A stretch of DNA of 64,000 nucleotides from Candidatus Fermentithermobacillus carboniphilus (GTDB lineage Bacteria; Bacillota; Sulfobacillia; Fermentithermobacillales; Fermentithermobacillaceae): positions 237,217 to 301,216 of the forward strand of contig CP062796.1 in NCBI GenBank assembly GCA_018208355.1, written 5' to 3'. The translations under genes were made by a program, and so were the position numbers. Under the pieces are notes generated by a model. The model was given only the letters and a program-made list of their open reading frames with translations. It made no database searches and had not been told where the DNA came from. Position 1 is the stretch's first letter. Each line of letters begins with the position of its first letter. Of the stretch, positions 1 to 10,168 are shown piece by piece.

Positions 1-567
1 TGCCGGCACGCATTCTATGACTATGGCGAAAGCGCCTGCTTCTTCCAGAGCAACCGCATCGTCTATTATTTTTCTGGCCATCGCAGCGTCTTTCCCTTGG
101 ACCTTGAAGCCTCCCAACGCAGTAGCAGTTTGTGGGGTCAAACCGATGTGCGCCATGACCGGGATGCCGGCTTCTACCATAGCTTTTACGACGGGAGCCA
201 CTGCGACTCCTCCTTCGAGCTTCACACAATCCGCTCCGCCCTCTTTTAGGATCCGGTTCCCGTTCCTCACGGCATCTGCCACACAGGTGTTGTACGAACC
301 AAACGGCATATCTCCTACGATGAAGGTGTGCGGGGCTCCCCTAACAACGGGCTTGATATGATGTATCATGTCATCCATGGTTACCGGAACTGTACAGTCA
401 TACCCGAGCATCACCATCCCCAGCGAATCGCCCACCAGTATGAGCTCGATTTCGCTTTTATCAACGAGTACGGCCTGGGAATAGTCATAGGCCGTCACCA
501 TCTTGATCTTACGACCGGCTTTCTTAAACTCCTTAAAGTCTGGGATAGTCAGTTTCTTTTTGTCCAT
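1..567 (-). CDS. panB: 3-methyl-2-oxobutanoate hydroxymethyltransferase (ketopantoate hydroxymethyltransferase), N-terminal ~189 aa; C-terminus runs off window start
   Basis: rc translation from ATG at 565-567: [70 protein letters not shown]..., a classic PanB N-terminus. Absent from the ORF track because there is no in-window stop. Confidence 0.85.
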   Translation of the reverse strand, partial: MDKKKLTIPDFKEFKKAGRKIKMVTAYDYSQAVLVDKSEIELILVGDSLGMVMLGYDCTVPVTMDDMIHHIKPVVRGAPHTFIVGDMPFGSYNTCVADAVRNGNRILKEGGADCVKLEGGVAVAPVVKAMVEAGIPVMAHIGLTPQTATALGGFKVQGKDAAMARKIIDDAVALEEAGAFAIVIECVPA

Positions 568-713
568 AAGCTAAGACCTCCGTTCAGTTTTTCGTTGCTA
601 AGAAAGATCGACTAGCGCAACGTATCGCCTCCTGGGCGCCAGAGCGAGGCACCGCGTCTGGGATAATCAGAGCAGGACGTTCTTACGGTAGCCTCGCTCT
701 CCGGCGTCGGCAA

Positions 714-1937
714 TCAAGAGAGACCCAAGAACTTGAGGATACTGAGGGCGTACAGCCGGGTAGTCTCCATAAGCTGATCGATATCGACCCACTCATCGGG
801 CTGGTGAGGGACCTCTCGAACCCCCGACCCTGTCACTACGACAGGTACACCTCCCCATGCCTGAAGGAACGTGCCGTCGGTCGCGCCGGGTACTCCGTCG
901 TAGACCGGTTCCTTGCCCGTCAACTCCCTGTAAGCTTCTGCCACGGCCACCACTATAGGTTCATCTTTCGCTACCTCGGTCACGGGCCTATCTTCGATCC
1001 AATCGAGTTCGATCCTGATCCCCTGGGTATCTTCCTGCTCGATCGTTGCGGCTATCTTCTTTAGCTCTTCAAAGATCTGCCTGTGATCCTGCCCTGGCAC
1101 CGTGCGGATGTCGAGAGCGATAGAGCATTCGGCGGGGATGACGTTGAGCTGCCCTTCTCCAACGGCGGGAGCTCTCACCACCGTCGGGGTCAGGCTCGGG
1201 TATCCCAAGTACTCGTGACGACCAAGTCTGGCAACCTCTCTCTGTTCGAATTGCGCCACAGCCGAAATGAACTTGGCCGCCCTGGTATTCGGGTTAACTC
1301 CCGCATAGGGCATGCATCCGTGCGCCTGTTTCCCCCGGACCGTAACAAGGACCCGCATAGCCCCCTTCTGGGCCACGCAGATCCTGTTGTCCTCCGGCTC
1401 GCACACAAGGGCTCCATCGACGCCTTTCGTCCAACCTTTCCGGATCATGTCTTTTACCCCGATCATCATGCCTTCTTCGTCCACGGGGATTGCCAGGATG
1501 ATCTTGCCGGGGAACTCAATTCCGGAAGCCATTATGGCCTTCACAGCCATGATGGCGGAGGTGATCCCGTTCTTCGTGTCGCAGGCACCCCTTCCGTATA
1601 TCCTGCGACCGACTATCTCAGCCCCAAAGGGGTCGTGGGACCAGAGAGCCCTGTTGCCTGGCGTGACGACATCAGTGTGCGCTTCGAGTAAAATGCACTT
1701 ACCGGGTCTTTTGCCTCTCAGTATCCCTATGACATTTGGCCTGCCCGGCGCGACCTCCTCCACGTGCACCTCGAGTCCCATGCCTCGCAAATAGTCGGCG
1801 ACATAAAGTGCGACCTTCTCCTCGTTGCAACCGGGCTGGTCAGGAATGAAGACGCTCGGTATTTTGATGAGGTCACAAAGTAGCCCGACAACCTCTGTTT
1901 CGTCTATGTGCTTCAATACCTGCTCTCTCAGATTCAT
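714..1937 (-). CDS. M20 family metallopeptidase (ArgE/DapE/succinyl-diaminopimelate desuccinylase-like)
   Basis: ORF 714..2111 trimmed to the internal ATG (MNLREQVLKHID...) preceded by GAGGGGA. HTDVV and GRGACDTKNG motifs are typical of the M20 ArgE/DapE family. Confidence 0.75.
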   Translation of the reverse strand: MNLREQVLKHIDETEVVGLLCDLIKIPSVFIPDQPGCNEEKVALYVADYLRGMGLEVHVEEVAPGRPNVIGILRGKRPGKCILLEAHTDVVTPGNRALWSHDPFGAEIVGRRIYGRGACDTKNGITSAIMAVKAIMASGIEFPGKIILAIPVDEEGMMIGVKDMIRKGWTKGVDGALVCEPEDNRICVAQKGAMRVLVTVRGKQAHGCMPYAGVNPNTRAAKFISAVAQFEQREVARLGRHEYLGYPSLTPTVVRAPAVGEGQLNVIPAECSIALDIRTVPGQDHRQIFEELKKIAATIEQEDTQGIRIELDWIEDRPVTEVAKDEPIVVAVAEAYRELTGKEPVYDGVPGATDGTFLQAWGGVPVVVTGSGVREVPHQPDEWVDIDQLMETTRLYALSILKFLGLS

Positions 1938-1966
1938 GTGGTAGTCCCCTCTCAATCGCCTTTTTG

Positions 1967-3436
1967 TCACACACCCCAGAATTTCTTTATGGTTTCTAAC
2001 TTCGGCGGAGGAGTCAGGTAGGAAACCAGCAGCCCGACCACTCCGCTTATGACCATAGTTGGGACTATTGGGTGAAGGCCCATGGGTCTGGGAAGTTTCG
2101 AGGTAAACCATATGAAAGATGCTACACCGGAAAGTTGGGCAGCGATCATACCGGCTGCATTAGCTCGCTTCGAATAAAGACCCATGAGTAGCGGCCAGAA
2201 AAACGCGGCCTCGAGTCCGCCGAAAGCAAACAGGTTGATCCATACTATGGTGCTGGGCGGCTTGATGGACAGCGCCAAGACTAACAGGACGATCGCCGCG
2301 TTCATGGCCCGGCTGAGCTTCTCAATCCTCTTCTCGTCGGCATTGGGGTTCATGTAGTTTAGATAAATATCTTTAACAATCGTCCCTGCTACGTAGACAA
2401 GCTGGGAGTCCACGGTCGAGATTATGGCAGCAAGTGGTGCTGTCAGAACCAGCGCGGCACCGATGGGATGTAGCACTTTCATGGCAAGGGTGGGTATGAC
2501 CATGTCGGTTACCTTTACGTCAGGTACTATTGCTCGGGCGAACGCACCGATGGTATGCATTCCCAGCATAAGTAGGCCAATGACCACGGTCCCGATGACG
2601 ATGGCCGTGTGCATGGCCTTTGAATCTTTGTACGCCATTGCCCTGACCGCCGTTTGAGGCAACCCGAGGGTCCCTATACAGACGAGCACCCAGAAAGAAG
2701 AGACCCAGGGTACGGATATGAAATTCTTCACCCCGTACGGAGTAAGGAGGTCGGGATTGACGCTCTTTAAGTTGGAGATAATTGCACCTATTCCACCGCC
2801 TGCCTTGACCGTGGCAACGAACAACGCTATCGTTCCTATTGACATGAGGGTACCGTTTATCGAGTCATTCAGGGCTACCGCCGTGAAGCCACCCAGTACT
2901 AGGTACACCATGACGACGATGCTAAAAACAACGAGGCACCAAACGTAGTTGAGTCCGGTCAACGATTCGATAATACGTGCCCCTCCCAGGAACTGGGCCG
3001 CTATAGCCGCCACCAGGAAAACAACGATGAAGAAAGCAGAGGTAATGGTCAAGAAAGCATTGCCTTCATACCGTTCTCTGAGGAAGTCGACGACCGTTAC
3101 TGCACCTATCTTACGCCCTACGATGTTGAATCTCTTACCGAGCACCCCGAGGGTAACGTACATGGCGGGCAGCTGTATCATCGCAAGGAGGACCCACCCA
3201 AATCCCTGGTTATACGCCATACCCGGTCCACCTAAGAAGCTCGAACCGCTAGTATATGTGGCCACGAGAGTCATGGCAAGGACAAACCCCGGTAGTGAGC
3301 GCCCCCCAAGGAAGTAGTCGGTGACAAACCCTGCTGAACTTCCTCGCTGCTTCAGCCGAGAAACGACAATACCCGTGCCTGTAAGGATGACAAGATACAC
3401 AAGGAGTAGTACAGTGAGAACACCGCTATAAGTCAT
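1967..3436 (-). CDS. panF: sodium/pantothenate symporter (SSS family)
   Basis: 489 aa with an FLGGRSLP signature and near-colinear similarity to E. coli PanF (GGPGMAYNQGFGWVLLAMIQLPA..., LNLFAFGGLEAAFFWPLL). RBS GGGGGTGA; ATGA overlap with the upstream yhdT-like gene. Confidence 0.85.
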   Translation of the reverse strand: MTYSGVLTVLLLVYLVILTGTGIVVSRLKQRGSSAGFVTDYFLGGRSLPGFVLAMTLVATYTSGSSFLGGPGMAYNQGFGWVLLAMIQLPAMYVTLGVLGKRFNIVGRKIGAVTVVDFLRERYEGNAFLTITSAFFIVVFLVAAIAAQFLGGARIIESLTGLNYVWCLVVFSIVVMVYLVLGGFTAVALNDSINGTLMSIGTIALFVATVKAGGGIGAIISNLKSVNPDLLTPYGVKNFISVPWVSSFWVLVCIGTLGLPQTAVRAMAYKDSKAMHTAIVIGTVVIGLLMLGMHTIGAFARAIVPDVKVTDMVIPTLAMKVLHPIGAALVLTAPLAAIISTVDSQLVYVAGTIVKDIYLNYMNPNADEKRIEKLSRAMNAAIVLLVLALSIKPPSTIVWINLFAFGGLEAAFFWPLLMGLYSKRANAAGMIAAQLSGVASFIWFTSKLPRPMGLHPIVPTMVISGVVGLLVSYLTPPPKLETIKKFWGV

Positions 3437-3732
3437 TTCTTCACCCCCTGTCCAGCCTGGGATTGGCCGCCATCGTCAAGAGGGATATCTTTGAAGTAAA
3501 TCTTGACTGCGTAGTATGCGGCAAAGCTGAAAACAACCCAGCCCATCACGCAGCTCCAGAAAAACCAACCAGGCAATCCAAGGATGAAACCATATTCGCT
3601 CGGGGACTTCGATCCGAGGCCATAGGCAAAGCCGTACCACCAGAGTATGTTGAGCACCAGAAGAATGACCATAACCCAAGTTTCCTTGTTGCACTGCTCA
3701 AACCGCGGGTCTTCCTTGAAGTTCTCTTTCAC
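3433..3732 (-). CDS. YhdT-like small membrane protein (DUF997), PanF partner
   Basis: GTG start preceded by AGGAGGG. Two TM helices resembling E. coli YhdT (…RFVQAHKEARWA-like: NFKEDPRFEQCNKETWVMVILLV...). Translationally coupled to panF. Confidence 0.6.
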   Translation of the reverse strand: MKENFKEDPRFEQCNKETWVMVILLVLNILWWYGFAYGLGSKSPSEYGFILGLPGWFFWSCVMGWVVFSFAAYYAVKIYFKDIPLDDGGQSQAGQGVKK

Positions 3733-3846
3733 GTTATCCCTCCTCTGGATCTGGAGTCTGGTACATGAGCCCGGTAACGCCCGTGAACTTACGTTCCTCG
3801 CACCGAAAAGACACAAGAGATACTATCTACTTTCAACCCCCTCCCT

Positions 3847-5238
3847 TTAAGCATCTTTCTCCACTGCAGTTCCACTGCTGTTTCCCGCTGCTATCCACGT
3901 CGCCAGTCCTGCGACCAGCGACGGAATAACCCAGCCTAATCCCTGCTCCCCTCCGGGAACGGCCGCAATGTACCTGTTCAGGAAGGTTATGAGTGCCGTT
4001 AAGAACCGGTTACCTTCGACCGGCCCGAACCAAATGAGCAAAGCATCCACCCAGCCCAGAATGAGGCTCGTCCATGCGGCAACGCGGATACAAGCTGCAT
4101 GGCGGTTTGACCGCCATGGCTGTAGAAGACTGTAACCGATGGTTAGCACTATCGACGGAGGATACGTGATGCTGAATAACGGTGCCGTGAACTGAATAAT
4201 ACGACTGAGCCCCATGCTTGAAACGAGCATAGAAACGGCGGAAATGCCGACAGCAGCCGCATTGTACGAAAGCCGACCCTTGGTGAGTTCCTCGATATAA
4301 GAAGATACACCCGCATTGCAGCCGATGGCGGTCGTGAGAGCTGCAAGCAGCAACCCCAAGTTAAAAAGGGCCCCGCCTACCCGCCCCCACAGACGCATAA
4401 CGACTGAAGCGTAAAGGTCTGCATAGCGAAGCTCTTCGAACTCGTGCCCGGTGCGAGCCCCAACAAGCATGTGGCCCAGGTGGGTCAGACAGAGGATACC
4501 GATTCCAATTGCTGCGGTTAGCATAAGGTATCTAAGCTGATCGCCTTCGTCCTGTATCCCGCGTCCTTTCAGGTCGAACATGATCAAGCCGGCAAATGCC
4601 AGAGCCACAAGAAGCTCGCTAGTCTGATATCCGCTCACAAACCCCCACGATAACGCATTGTTGCCGTAACTGGGCTCTGCCCATCCACCTATTGGATCCA
4701 GGACTCCCTTCACGATGATCGCGAAAACCAGCACAAGGAGAAACGGCACCAGGAACCGACTCATCTTGTCGACGATATCAGAGAGCTTTGCGAGGAACCA
4801 GTATGCAACCATGTAATATGCGAGCTGGAAGACTATCCGTGAAACCACGTTATCCCGCGAGAAGCCGAATAACGTGGATAGGGCATCCCAAGACGCGGCG
4901 CTCATGCGCGGGATGGTGAAGAGCGGCCCGATAATGAGCATGGCCGGCAAAGCGAAGAGATACTCAAAGGCCCGGCCAACGCGTTTGGCCATGGTACTCA
5001 GGCTTCCGCCGCGGGCAACTGCGTAATACGCGACCCAGGGCAGAAAAAGTGCGGTTGGAAAGACTCCGAGGTATACCTCCAGCACATCTCGCCCTGCCAT
5101 CTTCCCCCACGTGACGGGCCAGATCATGCTGGCGCCCCCGAAGTGCATTGAGAATATGGTTCCCCCTATTGAAATCAAGGCGAGCCACGTCAGCCCCTTG
5201 CGTCCCTTGGGATCGCTGATATGTTTTTCCTGTTCCAT
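3847..5238 (-). CDS. brnQ: branched-chain amino acid transport system II carrier (LIVCS family)
   Basis: ORF 3847..5367 trimmed to MEQEKHISDPKGRKGLTWLALISIGGTIFSMHFGGASMI..., a typical BrnQ N-terminus; ~12 TM helices. The track's upstream 43 aa is a spurious extension. Confidence 0.8.
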   Translation of the reverse strand: MEQEKHISDPKGRKGLTWLALISIGGTIFSMHFGGASMIWPVTWGKMAGRDVLEVYLGVFPTALFLPWVAYYAVARGGSLSTMAKRVGRAFEYLFALPAMLIIGPLFTIPRMSAASWDALSTLFGFSRDNVVSRIVFQLAYYMVAYWFLAKLSDIVDKMSRFLVPFLLVLVFAIIVKGVLDPIGGWAEPSYGNNALSWGFVSGYQTSELLVALAFAGLIMFDLKGRGIQDEGDQLRYLMLTAAIGIGILCLTHLGHMLVGARTGHEFEELRYADLYASVVMRLWGRVGGALFNLGLLLAALTTAIGCNAGVSSYIEELTKGRLSYNAAAVGISAVSMLVSSMGLSRIIQFTAPLFSITYPPSIVLTIGYSLLQPWRSNRHAACIRVAAWTSLILGWVDALLIWFGPVEGNRFLTALITFLNRYIAAVPGGEQGLGWVIPSLVAGLATWIAAGNSSGTAVEKDA

Positions 5239-5740
5239 ACAGTTCGACACTCCATAGGTGATAAGTGTTATTGCACGTACCGCTGCTTTGAATCGGGCCA
5301 GACCACTCACGACGACCGTGGCCTGCCGGTCTGGACAAAGAGGCACCGTTTCACGAAGTTCGCCCATCTTGCTATCAATCCTGTCGAAAGAATTGCTGTA
5401 TATGTGGGACAGTTTTGCTACACAACTCGGTAACAGTTACCAGGTAGGGTTTCACAGGGCATGTTGGGAGAAGCCTCTCTCATACAGACCTCAGGGAATC
5501 TGCCAGCGGCATGGCCAGACCGAAAGCGAGCGGGTGTTTGGATGGCAAATGGGTCTTGCAAGGGCTATTGGTTATGAGGTGGAATACAGGTCAGAGTCCG
5601 GGGTGGATACTACCACGCCCTCTCGGCGGGGAGAAAGGGTTTCGTAGAATAGACTGAAGGTTGAGGGAGACGGGTGCTGGCTAGGGGTACCCGGTCGAGC
5701 GGTGGACATGTTGCGACAGCGACGTCTCCCGGCCTATAGT

Positions 5741-6805
5741 TTAGTTTCCCTGGACACCCTGGAGGTTTGCTTCCAGGTTTACCTGGTACTCGTAAATTAT
5801 CTTGCTAATGCGACCTATCTCTTCAAACCCTGCCTCAACATCATGGTGGCCCTTGGACATAATCGCCACGATATAGGGGTGACCCGCGTAGACCACGCCC
5901 ACGTCGTTGGCCACGCCCGCTACGTCACCCTCTTTGTGGGCGACCACGACTTTGGAAGCGATGAACCGGTTGAGACCGGTGTTCCAGATAGTATGGGCCA
6001 GATCGTACATGAGTTTTTCGCCCTCGGGGTTCTCATTTGCGAACAATAGGGCGGCCTTCATGTACGTCGCCATGTCCCGGGGCGTAGAGACATTCTGCCC
6101 GTCCGGATATACGACGGTGCCGCCCAGGTCAGCCATAAACCGGGCGATGTTCTCTTTGCCCAAACGCCTCTCGAGCATCTTCCATGCCACGTTATCGCTT
6201 TCAACAATGGCTTTCTCACACAGCTCGCGTATTGTGAAAGTATCGTAATCCTTGGCCGTAAACTGCAAAGATCCAGCTCCAGACCTCCAATCTCTCGAGG
6301 CGATGTAAGTCAGGCGCTCGTCCCAGGAAATCTGCCCTTGAGACACAAGATAACTTGCGTAAAGTACTACCGGTACCTTCACTGTGCTAGCTGCCGGAAC
6401 CCATAGGTCAGGATTGACTCCGAAGGTCTTACCAGAGGTAAGGTCTTCGAAGTAAATTCCCCATTCCTGGCCAGTTGCCTTGTTAAGGTCCTCAATGTAA
6501 ACCTCAAGCTGCTTTTCTAGAGGTTCATAATCCGGGTTCCACCTGTGCTCGTTGTCCTTGACCCGTGCCAGGTGCTCTTCCCCGTTTCGTTCCGGCGATA
6601 CTTTCACATCTTCCTCGCTAGAACTGTGGCTATAATCATCTGAAGCCACGCCTTGCTGCCAGGGCGCGGCCCGGGCTAGACTTTCACCCTTATTACCCGT
6701 TTGTCCTTTAGGAATGTGTCCCCGAAAACCTGTAATTCCACCAAATACACCAAATGATATTATGAGCGCCACTGCGAGTAGCTGTTTCACGACGATTGGC
6801 TTCAT
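5741..6805 (-). CDS. secreted serine hydrolase, class A beta-lactamase-like fold
   Basis: Signal/TM region MKPIVVKQLLAVALIISFG after RBS GAGGTGG. Contains STVK (SxxK), SDN and KEG(D) motifs. Confidence 0.6.
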   Translation of the reverse strand: MKPIVVKQLLAVALIISFGVFGGITGFRGHIPKGQTGNKGESLARAAPWQQGVASDDYSHSSSEEDVKVSPERNGEEHLARVKDNEHRWNPDYEPLEKQLEVYIEDLNKATGQEWGIYFEDLTSGKTFGVNPDLWVPAASTVKVPVVLYASYLVSQGQISWDERLTYIASRDWRSGAGSLQFTAKDYDTFTIRELCEKAIVESDNVAWKMLERRLGKENIARFMADLGGTVVYPDGQNVSTPRDMATYMKAALLFANENPEGEKLMYDLAHTIWNTGLNRFIASKVVVAHKEGDVAGVANDVGVVYAGHPYIVAIMSKGHHDVEAGFEEIGRISKIIYEYQVNLEANLQGVQGN

Positions 6806-7031
6806 CTTTTCCACCTCTCTTCTCTTGGACAAATGAAAACACCGACTATTGAGACATTTTATCATAATTATGTAAACATCACCAGCATGGTGTAGGGTTG
6901 TTCTCTGAAAACGAAGAAAAACTCCCCCAGAACCTAGAAACCAGGAAAATAGAACCGGAAACAGCAGGTGATCTAAGGTTCCAATTCACCGTCGCGGACA
7001 AACGCGTTTTGCTCTCAGTCCGGGCGTTCTT

Positions 7032-8096
7032 TCATGAGTACTTATGACACCAAACACTGTGGGCCCCAGCGGGTTTTTCGTCATAAGAAACTACGTATTT
7101 GGGCGGGGATTCTCTAGTACATACGGGCATCGCGACGGGACACCTGGTTTGAAACTTGCAACCGGGTGGTGGATTGACTGCTGTGGGAACAGTACCCTTT
7201 AAATAAATTTCCTCCTTCGATGCGCGATTTTCCACTCTGGGAATGGCCGAAAGCAACGCCCTGGTATAAGGATGAAGCGGATTTTCGAAAATGTCTTCTG
7301 TAGGGCCAATTTCAACGATATTGCCGAGATACATCACTGCAATGCGGTGGCTTACATAATGAACCACCGCCAAGTCGTGGGAAATGAAAAGGTAAGTCAG
7401 CCCAAATTCTTTTTGGAGGTCTAAGAGAAGATTGAGCACCTGGGCCTGAATGGAAACATCCAGGGATGAAACAGGTTCGTCGGCTACGATGAAAGATGGC
7501 CCCACGGCTAGAGCCCTGGCTATCCCAATTCTCTGTCTCTGGCCCCCGCTAAACTGTCTTGGATAAAAATCGATATGCTCCGGCTTCAAGCCAACCTTAC
7601 GCAACAGTTCGACGGTTTCTTCTTCCCTCTCCTCCAGAGGTACTCCACGCTGCTCCAGAGCAACCCCGATTATTTGTCTCACGGTCTTGCGCGGGTTTAA
7701 AGAACTATAAGGATTCTGAAAGATCATTTGAATCCTCTTCCTTTTTTCATGAATGGCTCCTTTTTCTTCTGAAGACTTTTGAGAAGAGGCTGCGCCCTGA
7801 TCGACCCTGACGCCGTCAAACCAGATTTCTCCCGCAGTTGGGGCGTAAAGCCCCACAATTACACGGCCCAGGGTACTTTTACCGCAGCCAGATTCGCCCA
7901 CTAAGCCCAGAGTTTCACCCTGATATATATCGAGGGTAACCCCATCTACAGCTTTTGTGACTTTCTCGGAAGCCCTTCCTATTATCCGCTCCAAGAAAGT
8001 GGGCCTGTGGTAGAAATACTTGTGAACATCCTTGGCTTTCAGTAGCAACATGGTGTCTAAATCCGATTCGAAAGGTTTCTTTGGGAGTTTATTCAT
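7032..8096 (-). CDS. oppF: peptide/nickel ABC transporter ATP-binding protein (OppF/DppF-like)
   Basis: Walker A GESGCGKST, signature LSGGQRQR, and an Opp-type C-terminal extension. Start re-picked at MNKLPKK..., 1 nt after the oppD stop. Confidence 0.8.
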   Translation of the reverse strand: MNKLPKKPFESDLDTMLLLKAKDVHKYFYHRPTFLERIIGRASEKVTKAVDGVTLDIYQGETLGLVGESGCGKSTLGRVIVGLYAPTAGEIWFDGVRVDQGAASSQKSSEEKGAIHEKRKRIQMIFQNPYSSLNPRKTVRQIIGVALEQRGVPLEEREEETVELLRKVGLKPEHIDFYPRQFSGGQRQRIGIARALAVGPSFIVADEPVSSLDVSIQAQVLNLLLDLQKEFGLTYLFISHDLAVVHYVSHRIAVMYLGNIVEIGPTEDIFENPLHPYTRALLSAIPRVENRASKEEIYLKGTVPTAVNPPPGCKFQTRCPVAMPVCTRESPPKYVVSYDEKPAGAHSVWCHKYS

Positions 8097-8097
8097 G

Positions 8098-9153
8098 TCA
8101 TTGGTCCTGATCCCTATCATGATCCACCACCATGTCCAATTCTTCCTCGAGAACCCGTTCCTCGAAGACTTCGTTGATGCGCCACCGCTCACACCTTACT
8201 TTTCTTCGCCCGTCAACAGACATAAGTCTCTGGTTCTTTAGCCGGCAGGTCCTGGCACGACGGCTGCACCGCGGGTAAAACGCGCATCCCGGGATCGAAC
8301 CTGTGAGGTCAGGCACCTGTCCGGGAATGGACGTCAGGCGCTCCCTTCGTTGAAAACGTGGGAGGCAGTTCAAAAGGCCTTGTGTATACGGGTGCAGCGG
8401 ATTCGAAAGGACTTCATCTGTCGGTCCTTCTTCGATAATTTGGCCAGCGTACATTACGGCGATCCTGTGGCAAAACTGGGACGCCACAGCAAGGTTATGG
8501 GTTACCAGTATGATAGCGGTGCCGTTATCCTTGTTGATGTTCGCAAGCAGATCCAGTATCTGTGCTTGTATGGTAACGTCCAAGGCGGTCGTGGGTTCGT
8601 CGGCAAGTATCAGCTTAGGCCGGCAGGCCAGAGCTATGGCGATCATTACCCGTTGCTGCATGCCGCCACTTAGTTGATGGGGATAAAGCTCGAGGACGGT
8701 CTCGGGAGACGGAATCCCCACTCGCTCTAAAAGTTTAACCAGCTGCCTTTGTCCGTCTTCCGTCCGATTCCATAGACCGTGCACGTTGAGGGCTTCCTTT
8801 ATCTGCGTCCCGATTTTGTGGGCGGGATTCAACGCAGACATAGGGTCCTGGAGGATCATGCTCACGGTCTTTCCTCTCACTTTCCGGACTTCTCCTTCAT
8901 CGAGCTCCAGAATATTTTGCCCGTCTAAGATTATTTGACCCGAAGTAATCTTCCCGGGAAACGGAACAAGACGCATGGTGGCAAGGAGAGTGGCGCTTTT
9001 GCCGCATCCCGATTCTCCTACCAGACCGAGAATCTCTCCTTCTTTAACCTGTAGGTCTACTCCCCTGACCGCTCGAACAGTTCCATTTTCCGTGGGGTAC
9101 TCAACCCTCAAATCTGCAATAGCGAGTATCTCTTTCGGTCCTCTTTCCACCAC
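8098..9153 (-). CDS. oppD: peptide/nickel ABC transporter ATP-binding protein (OppD/DppD-like)
   Basis: GESGCGKS, LSGGMQQR and an Opp C-terminal domain. GTG start preceded by AAGGGAGGTG with a 6-nt spacer; an alternative ATG lies at 9195. Confidence 0.75.
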   Translation of the reverse strand: MVERGPKEILAIADLRVEYPTENGTVRAVRGVDLQVKEGEILGLVGESGCGKSATLLATMRLVPFPGKITSGQIILDGQNILELDEGEVRKVRGKTVSMILQDPMSALNPAHKIGTQIKEALNVHGLWNRTEDGQRQLVKLLERVGIPSPETVLELYPHQLSGGMQQRVMIAIALACRPKLILADEPTTALDVTIQAQILDLLANINKDNGTAIILVTHNLAVASQFCHRIAVMYAGQIIEEGPTDEVLSNPLHPYTQGLLNCLPRFQRRERLTSIPGQVPDLTGSIPGCAFYPRCSRRARTCRLKNQRLMSVDGRRKVRCERWRINEVFEERVLEEELDMVVDHDRDQDQ

Positions 9154-9201
9154 GTAGGCCACCTCCCTTTCCGTTCTTTCGTAACGAGGTAACATCAAAA
9201 A

Positions 9202-10128
9202 TCAAAATGTGTGGAAATAATCCGGGTTCAAGACGTCTCGTAATGCTTCGCCCAAAAGGTTAATGGCGAGAACGAGAATAACTAAGAAAAGTCCGGGCAG
9301 AACCGACAGCCACCAGGCATTCAGTATGAACCGGTACCCATCCTGTATCATAGAGCCCCAAGCAGGCACTCCCGGGGGTATCCCTATGCCGAGAAAACTC
9401 AACGAGGCTTCCATGACTATCATTGTTCCCATACGCAGAGTGCCGACGACAATGAGAGGATTAATCATGTTTGGAAGAATCTCCGATACCATGATCGAAA
9501 AGTTGGACCTTCCCAGAACTCTGGCCGCTTCCACATATTCTCTAGTCTTTTCCGATAGAACTCCCGCTCTTGCCAACCTGAAAAACTCAACCCATCCTTT
9601 GAACGACAATGCCCATATCAGGTTCCAAAAACCTGGTCCAAGCATTGCCATGGTTCCAATAGCGAATATTAGGTATGGAAAAGCCAACAAGACTTCGGTA
9701 AACCTGGATAGCGCCATATCAAAGACGCCTCCATAATAACCAGCTATCATCCCCAAAGTCCCGCCGACTACGGTTGAAATCGCAACAGTTATAACTCCCA
9801 CAAGAATGGATACGCGGGCGCCATAGATTATTCGTGTGAACACATCTCGTCCCAGGTGATCCGTGCCCATGAGATACCTTCCAGTCAAGGATGGTGGGAT
9901 GAGCCTCGCGTTCAGGTTTATTTCATCAGGGGCAAAGGGTGTAATGTACGGGGCGAATATTGCGGCAAGCACGAACACAGTTGCGATAACAGCCCCAATT
10001 ACAGCCGAAGGGTTCTTCCGAAACCGCCTTATCATCTTGCGGGTATTTTCGGCCCAAAGACGCATTCGTATCCGAAAGAGAAAGCATCTGGTTTGAACAT
10101 TTTTTGAAGATAGATCCTGACGGGTCAT
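9202..10128 (-). CDS. oppC: ABC peptide transporter permease (OppC/DppC-like)
   Basis: BPD-transporter inner-membrane fold with the EAA-like region RVLGRSNFSIMVSEILPNM. AGGAGGA lies 12 nt upstream of the ATG. Confidence 0.75.
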   Translation of the reverse strand: MTRQDLSSKNVQTRCFLFRIRMRLWAENTRKMIRRFRKNPSAVIGAVIATVFVLAAIFAPYITPFAPDEINLNARLIPPSLTGRYLMGTDHLGRDVFTRIIYGARVSILVGVITVAISTVVGGTLGMIAGYYGGVFDMALSRFTEVLLAFPYLIFAIGTMAMLGPGFWNLIWALSFKGWVEFFRLARAGVLSEKTREYVEAARVLGRSNFSIMVSEILPNMINPLIVVGTLRMGTMIVMEASLSFLGIGIPPGVPAWGSMIQDGYRFILNAWWLSVLPGLFLVILVLAINLLGEALRDVLNPDYFHTF

Positions 10129-10168
10129 AAGTTTCGATTATCCTCCTGCCTACGTTCACTGTTTCGGC

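Noticed and set aside
17-615. Plus-strand ORFs 17..361 and 328..615
   Set aside because: Antisense to the clear minus-strand panB coding sequence; low-complexity translation.
1083-1794. Plus-strand ORFs 1083..1691 and 1312..1794
   Set aside because: Antisense to the M20 peptidase gene.
1938-2111. N-terminal extensions of track ORFs (M20 to 2111, brnQ to 5367, oppF to 8192, SPFH to 21325, DUF1848 to 42625, DUF1893 to 43475, argG to 31198, decarboxylase to 45249, aminoacylase to 47176)
   Set aside because: Longest-ORF artefacts. Internal starts with a proper RBS and/or stop-start coupling reproduce the conserved family N-termini.
5239-5740. T-box riboswitch upstream of brnQ
   Set aside because: No GGGUGGNACCGCG-like core on the minus strand. 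Kept only as an unexplained long leader.
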